DNA from: Candidatus Mediterraneibacter stercorigallinarum
Lineage (GTDB): Bacteria; Bacillota; Clostridia; Lachnospirales; Lachnospiraceae
Assembly (NCBI GenBank): GCA_019116185.1
Contig: DXCD01000261.1
Span: 1-39,235 of the forward strand
Reading direction: 5' to 3'
Length of the DNA: 39,235 bases
Positions 35,140-39,235 of the stretch are shown here, in pieces. Every line of letters starts with the position of its first letter. The first letter of the stretch is position 1. The notes under the pieces are model-generated. The model was not told where the DNA came from. It made no database searches and saw only the letters and a list, made by a program, of their open reading frames with translations. The position numbers were made by a program, and so were the translations under genes.

Positions 35140-36417
35140 ATGTCCATGCCGAACGAGAAAGACCGGGATCTGAGTCCGGAAGAGGGCTCGGAAGAAAAGA
35201 AATATTCTTTTTTGCAGGAAACGATAAAGCCAAAACCGATCAGCAGGGAACAGTTCATAAAACAGCTTGCCAGATTTGCCGTATACGGCCTGATACTGGG
35301 AGTGTTTGCCTGCTTTGGTTTTTTTGCGCTTAAACCATGGATTGAAGATGTATTCGCCAGGGATCCCAAGACCGTGACCATTCCGGAGGATGAAGAATCG
35401 GAAGGTGACGGGAATGATGCTGAGGAGGAGTCCGTGCCGGCGGCTAATACCGACAGCTATGAAGAGCTGATGGAGGGCATGAACGAGCGGGCGGAAGAAG
35501 CACGGAAAGGGATTGTATCTGTTGAGCCGGTGCAGAGTGAAGAAGACTGGGAAAAAGAAATGACCGGTATCACTTCAGGCACATCAGGAGTGATCGCGGC
35601 GGATAATGGACAGGAGATCTTGATCCTTGCAGAAGATTCTGTCTGCGAAGGGGCAGTGGAGTGGACGGTTACATTTCAGGATGGAAAGCAGTACAGTGCG
35701 TCTCTGAAGATGCAGGACAAAAATACGGGCCTGGTTATGTTCAGCGTGTCCCGCGGAGAGATCGCGGATTCAACATGGTCCTCCATCAAAGTGTCCACGC
35801 TCGGCAATTCGAATCTGGTGACCCAGGGAGATACAGTGATGGCCCTGGGAAATATGTTTGGCTATGCTGACGGAATGGGGTACGGCGTGGTCAGCTCCAC
35901 AGACTATAAAGAAGCGTTTTTTGACGGGGAATGCGACATCCTGGCGACAAATATCCCGGCTGAGTCACAGGGGACGGGAGTCCTTTTCAATATGGCGGGC
36001 GAGGTCATCGGGCTGATCCCGCAGACCGTCTGGAATGATACGGAGAGCTCTATGGTAAATGCCTATGCCATTTCGGACCTGAAACCGATTATCGAGCTTC
36101 TTGCAAATGGCGAGAGTGTCCCGTATATCGGTATCTATGGCACCACAGTGACTGCCCAGCTCAAAGAGGAGCAGGGAATGCCGGGCGGTGTGTATGTGGT
36201 GGATGTGGATCCGGATTCTCCTGCCATGGAAGCGGGCATTCAGAGTGGAGATATCATCTATGCGGTGGGAGATGAAAACGTGGTGAATATCGGATCGTAC
36301 CAGAGCGCGGTCCTGAAAACACGGGAAGGACAGCAGATCACGTTTGTGGGCAGACGGATCGGCGCAGAAGGTTATGTGGATGTGGATTTTACTGTGACGG
36401 TAGGAAGCAAAAAATAG
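35140..36417 (+). CDS. HtrA/S1C-like membrane protein (TM, trypsin-like fold, PDZ) with degenerate catalytic triad
   Basis: LGNSNLVTQGDTVMALGN, LFNMAGEVIG, PYIGI and SPAMEAGIQSGDII motifs. His, Asp and Ser motifs are not conserved. Start placed at 35140 (35146 possible). Confidence 0.85.
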   Translation: MSMPNEKDRDLSPEEGSEEKKYSFLQETIKPKPISREQFIKQLARFAVYGLILGVFACFGFFALKPWIEDVFARDPKTVTIPEDEESEGDGNDAEEESVPAANTDSYEELMEGMNERAEEARKGIVSVEPVQSEEDWEKEMTGITSGTSGVIAADNGQEILILAEDSVCEGAVEWTVTFQDGKQYSASLKMQDKNTGLVMFSVSRGEIADSTWSSIKVSTLGNSNLVTQGDTVMALGNMFGYADGMGYGVVSSTDYKEAFFDGECDILATNIPAESQGTGVLFNMAGEVIGLIPQTVWNDTESSMVNAYAISDLKPIIELLANGESVPYIGIYGTTVTAQLKEEQGMPGGVYVVDVDPDSPAMEAGIQSGDIIYAVGDENVVNIGSYQSAVLKTREGQQITFVGRRIGAEGYVDVDFTVTVGSKK

Positions 36418-36455
36418 CCAGGCAGGTCATGACCGGAGAATACTCCGGCTGAGAG

Positions 36456-36487
36456 AAGAAATAAGAAATCAGAAAGAAATAAGAAAT
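36456..36487 (+). repeat. Short direct repeat: AAGAAATAAGAAAT twice (four AAGAAAT units)
   Basis: Copies at 36456-36469 and 36474-36487, just after a small CCGGAG / CTCCGG hairpin (36433-36448). Confidence 0.7.
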
Positions 36488-36537
36488 GAGCAGCGCGGTA
36501 TGTGCTGGAAATGAAAATAGATAGAAAGAGGAAAGAC

Positions 36538-37482
36538 ATGCGATATATTAACGGGCTTCATGAAGGAGAGACGATCAGGAATGTATACCTGTGCAAGGGG
36601 AAACGTTCCGCTGAGACACGAAACGGGAAACCATATGACAACCTGCTCCTGCAGGACAAAACCGGTATCCTGGACGGAAAAGTGTGGGATCCGAATTCCC
36701 AGGGGATCGCAGACTATGATGAAAAAGATTTTATTGAAGTATATGGGGATGTGATCAGCTATAACGGGAATCTTCAGCTTAATATCAAGCAGATCCGGAA
36801 GGCGCAGGAAGGAGAATATAATCCTGCGGACTATATGCCGACCACGGAAAAGAGCGTGGAAGGAATGTATGAAGAGCTGACCGCGTATATCCGGCAGATC
36901 GGGAATCCTTACCTGAAGAAACTGCTGGAATATTTTTTTGTAGAGGACAGCGCATTTATAAAATCCTTCAAAGAACATTCCGCGGCAAAGACCGTGCATC
37001 ACGGATTCTCCGGGGGACTGCTGGAACATACGCTGAGCGTGCTGCATTTGTGCGAATATTTTGCAGGCGCATATGCGATTCTGAACCGGGATCTGCTCTT
37101 TACAGCGGCAATATGCCATGACATAGGAAAGACAAGAGAACTGTCCGCATTTCCGGATAATGATTACACAGATGAAGGACAGCTCATCGGACATATCGTG
37201 ATCGGGGTGGAGATGATCAGCGAGGCAGTGCGGACAATCCCGGAATTCCCGGTAAAGCTTGCAAATGAGTTAAAGCACTGTGTGATCGCGCACCATGGAG
37301 AATTGGAGTACGGTTCTCCGAAGAAGCCGGCCCTGGCTGAAGCGCTGGCGCTGAACCTTGCGGACAATGCAGACGCAAAGATGCAGACCCTGACAGAAGT
37401 ATTCAAGGGAAAAACCGGACAGGACTGGCTTGGTTATAATAAATTATTTGAATCAAATCTGAGACGGACATCAGACGTGTAA
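36538..37482 (+). CDS. yhaM: 3'-5' exoribonuclease YhaM family (OB fold + HD domain)
   Basis: LQDKTG..DGKVW OB fold. AAKTVHH..SGGLLEHT, HDIGK, GHI, HHG.LEYGSP and ADNADA motifs. Start placed at ATG 36538. Confidence 0.9.
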   Translation: MRYINGLHEGETIRNVYLCKGKRSAETRNGKPYDNLLLQDKTGILDGKVWDPNSQGIADYDEKDFIEVYGDVISYNGNLQLNIKQIRKAQEGEYNPADYMPTTEKSVEGMYEELTAYIRQIGNPYLKKLLEYFFVEDSAFIKSFKEHSAAKTVHHGFSGGLLEHTLSVLHLCEYFAGAYAILNRDLLFTAAICHDIGKTRELSAFPDNDYTDEGQLIGHIVIGVEMISEAVRTIPEFPVKLANELKHCVIAHHGELEYGSPKKPALAEALALNLADNADAKMQTLTEVFKGKTGQDWLGYNKLFESNLRRTSDV

Positions 37483-37561
37483 GCTCAGGAAGCGGAATAA
37501 AAGAGCAAGTCTCAGATTTAATGGAGAAAATGTAACGCAGAAAAAAGTGTGGGAGAAGGTA

Positions 37562-39235
37562 ATGCAGAAAAATGATACAGCAGTCGTGGAGATAACGGAT
37601 ATTGGCGTAAACGGCGAAGGAATCGGGAAAGTGGACGGATATACTCTGTTCATCAAAGACGCTGTGATCGGGGATACCGTGGAAGCGAAAGTGATGAAGG
37701 CGAAGAAGAATTACGGGTACGCAAGGCTGATGAAAGTCCTGGAGGCTTCCCCGGACCGCGTCACTCCGCGATGCGTATTTGCGCGGAAGTGCGGCGGCTG
37801 CCAGATCCAGGAAATGTCGTATGAGAGACAGCTTGCCTTCAAGGCGCAGAAAGTGCGCGGCAGCCTGGAGCGGATCGGCGGTTTCTCGCCGGAACTCCTG
37901 GACCGGGTCATGGAGCCCGCACTGGGAATGGACGAGCCCTTCGGCTACCGAAATAAAGCGCAGTTCCCATTTGGCACAGACAAAGAAGGAAATCCGGTGA
38001 CAGGATTTTATGCCGGGCGGACACATGATATCATCGCAAATACAGAATGTGCCCTGGGCGTGCCCGTGAACCGGGAGATCCTTGAAATCATATTAGACTT
38101 TATGAAGAAGAATAAGATCCCTTCCTATGACGAAAAAACCGGGAAGGGATTGATTCGTCATGCGCTCATTCGCTATGGATTTACCACCCGGGAGATCATG
38201 GTCTGTCTGGTGCTGAACGGCAGAGAGCTTCCACATGCGGAAGAACTGGTCGGCGAGCTGGCAAAAATCCCGGGGATGACAAGCATCACCCTCAGCCCCA
38301 ATATGCGCCAGACGAATGTGATCATGGGGGATTCATTCGAAGTGCTATGGGGCAGCGGCTATATCACGGACTATATCGGCGGCGTCAAATACCGGATCTC
38401 CCCGCTGTCGTTCTATCAGGTTAATCCCGTGCAGACAGAGAACCTGTATTCCCTTGCACTGGAATATGCAGATCTGAAAGGAAACGAGACCGTATGGGAT
38501 CTGTACTGCGGCATTGGAACGATTTCCCTCTTCCTCGCCCAGAAGGCAGAGAAAGTGTACGGCGTGGAGATCATTCCCCAGGCGATCGATGACGCCAGGG
38601 AGAACGCAAAGATCAACGGGATAGAAAACGTAGAGTTCTTCGTGGGAAAGGCAGAGGAAGTACTGCCAAGCTGGTATCAGGAACATGCGGCCTCAGGAAC
38701 TGCTTCCGGCAGCAGCGGCGCGCGAGCAGACGTGGTCGTGGTGGACCCGCCGAGAAAAGGCTGCGACGCGGCGCTGCTCGATACGATCGTGGAGATGGCG
38801 CCGGAGCGGATCGTGTATGTGAGCTGCGATCCCGCGACGCTGGCGAGAGATCTGAAAGTGCTGTGCGAGAAGGGGTATGAGCTGGTGAGAGGGAGAGCGG
38901 TGGATATGTTTCCGGAGACCGTGCATGTGGAGACGGTTGTCTTGCTTTCCAAGGGAGAAATCGACTCGAAGAAAGTGCGTGTGGAGTTCTCGCTGGAGGA
39001 TATGGATATGTCCGGGTTCCAGAATGATGCCACATACGGACAGATTAAAGAACGTGTGTTGCAGAAGACCGGCTTAAAGGTTTCCTCCCTTTATATCGCC
39101 CAGATTAAACAGAAATATGGTATTATTGAGCGAGAAAACTACAACAAGTCGAAGTCTGAAAACGCCAGACAGCCCAAATGTCCGCCAGAAAAGGAAGCGG
39201 CGATTACGGAGGCATTGAAGTTCTTTGGGATGATT
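37562..39235 (+). CDS. rlmD: 23S rRNA (uracil-C5)-methyltransferase RlmD/RumA with ~95-aa C-terminal extension; runs off the window edge; not in ORF track
   Basis: TRAM N-terminus, C-x5-CGGC Fe-S motif, SFYQVN, DLYCGIGT, VVDPPRKG, YVSCDPATLARD and VDMFPETVHVETV. The frame stays open to base 39235. Confidence 0.95.
   Translation, partial: MQKNDTAVVEITDIGVNGEGIGKVDGYTLFIKDAVIGDTVEAKVMKAKKNYGYARLMKVLEASPDRVTPRCVFARKCGGCQIQEMSYERQLAFKAQKVRGSLERIGGFSPELLDRVMEPALGMDEPFGYRNKAQFPFGTDKEGNPVTGFYAGRTHDIIANTECALGVPVNREILEIILDFMKKNKIPSYDEKTGKGLIRHALIRYGFTTREIMVCLVLNGRELPHAEELVGELAKIPGMTSITLSPNMRQTNVIMGDSFEVLWGSGYITDYIGGVKYRISPLSFYQVNPVQTENLYSLALEYADLKGNETVWDLYCGIGTISLFLAQKAEKVYGVEIIPQAIDDARENAKINGIENVEFFVGKAEEVLPSWYQEHAASGTASGSSGARADVVVVDPPRKGCDAALLDTIVEMAPERIVYVSCDPATLARDLKVLCEKGYELVRGRAVDMFPETVHVETVVLLSKGEIDSKKVRVEFSLEDMDMSGFQNDATYGQIKERVLQKTGLKVSSLYIAQIKQKYGIIERENYNKSKSENARQPKCPPEKEAAITEALKFFGMI
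38924..39235. mobile_element. Probable att junction and terminal segment of an integrative element inserted in the 3' end of rlmD
   Basis: The HVETV-coding segment CATGTGGAGACGGT marks the known rumA/rlmD integration hotspot of serine-integrase ICE/IMEs. Beyond it the sequence looks more AT-rich and encodes a non-RlmD tail. No integrase is visible in the window. Confidence 0.7.

Noticed and set aside
38685-38725. Ala/Ser/Gly-rich insert in RlmD (HAASGTASGSSGA)
   Set aside because: Falls in a variable loop before the DVVVVDPPR motif; ordinary low-complexity indel.
1-39235. CRISPR array, tRNA/rRNA, known riboswitch, defence or toxin-antitoxin genes
   Set aside because: No regularly spaced repeat-spacer pattern, cloverleaf or recognisable aptamer or defence motifs seen by eye. 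An Infernal or DefenseFinder run would be needed to exclude them formally.

Overview
Chromosomal window from a spore-forming Clostridia bacterium; gene content and order suggest Lachnospiraceae (inference). Most genes lie on the + strand. From left to right: (1) an LTA-synthase-family gene, folC, an unannotated 44-aa acidic ORF and a membrane-anchored TPR protein; (2) spoIIAA-spoIIAB-sigF, then a small membrane ORF with spoVAA-spoVAB behind a sigmaG-like promoter, with no spoVAC/D/E here; (3) a small membrane protein, a giant MacB-like ATPase-permease fusion with three internal ~64-aa repeats, and an AEC transporter; (4) gdpP-rplI-dnaB and a convergent MerR-HTH/coiled-coil gene with RacA-like architecture; (5) a ~10-kb accessory-looking block (LysR, HTH-less MerR-like peptide, alpha/beta hydrolase, DUF3737, internally deleted MATE, atypical Fe-S aldo/keto reductase, and a two-component system plus ABC exporter with Bce-like boxes); (6) an unannotated 56-aa ferredoxin, an orphan sugar-binding lipoprotein, an OmpR/HK pair, mutS2, an HtrA-like pseudoprotease and yhaM; (7) rlmD, whose 3' end appears replaced by the end of an integrated element that adds a ~95-aa HTH-like tail. 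No rRNA, tRNA, CRISPR array or transposase/integrase gene was seen. All assignments come from motif reading and recall, not from database searches.
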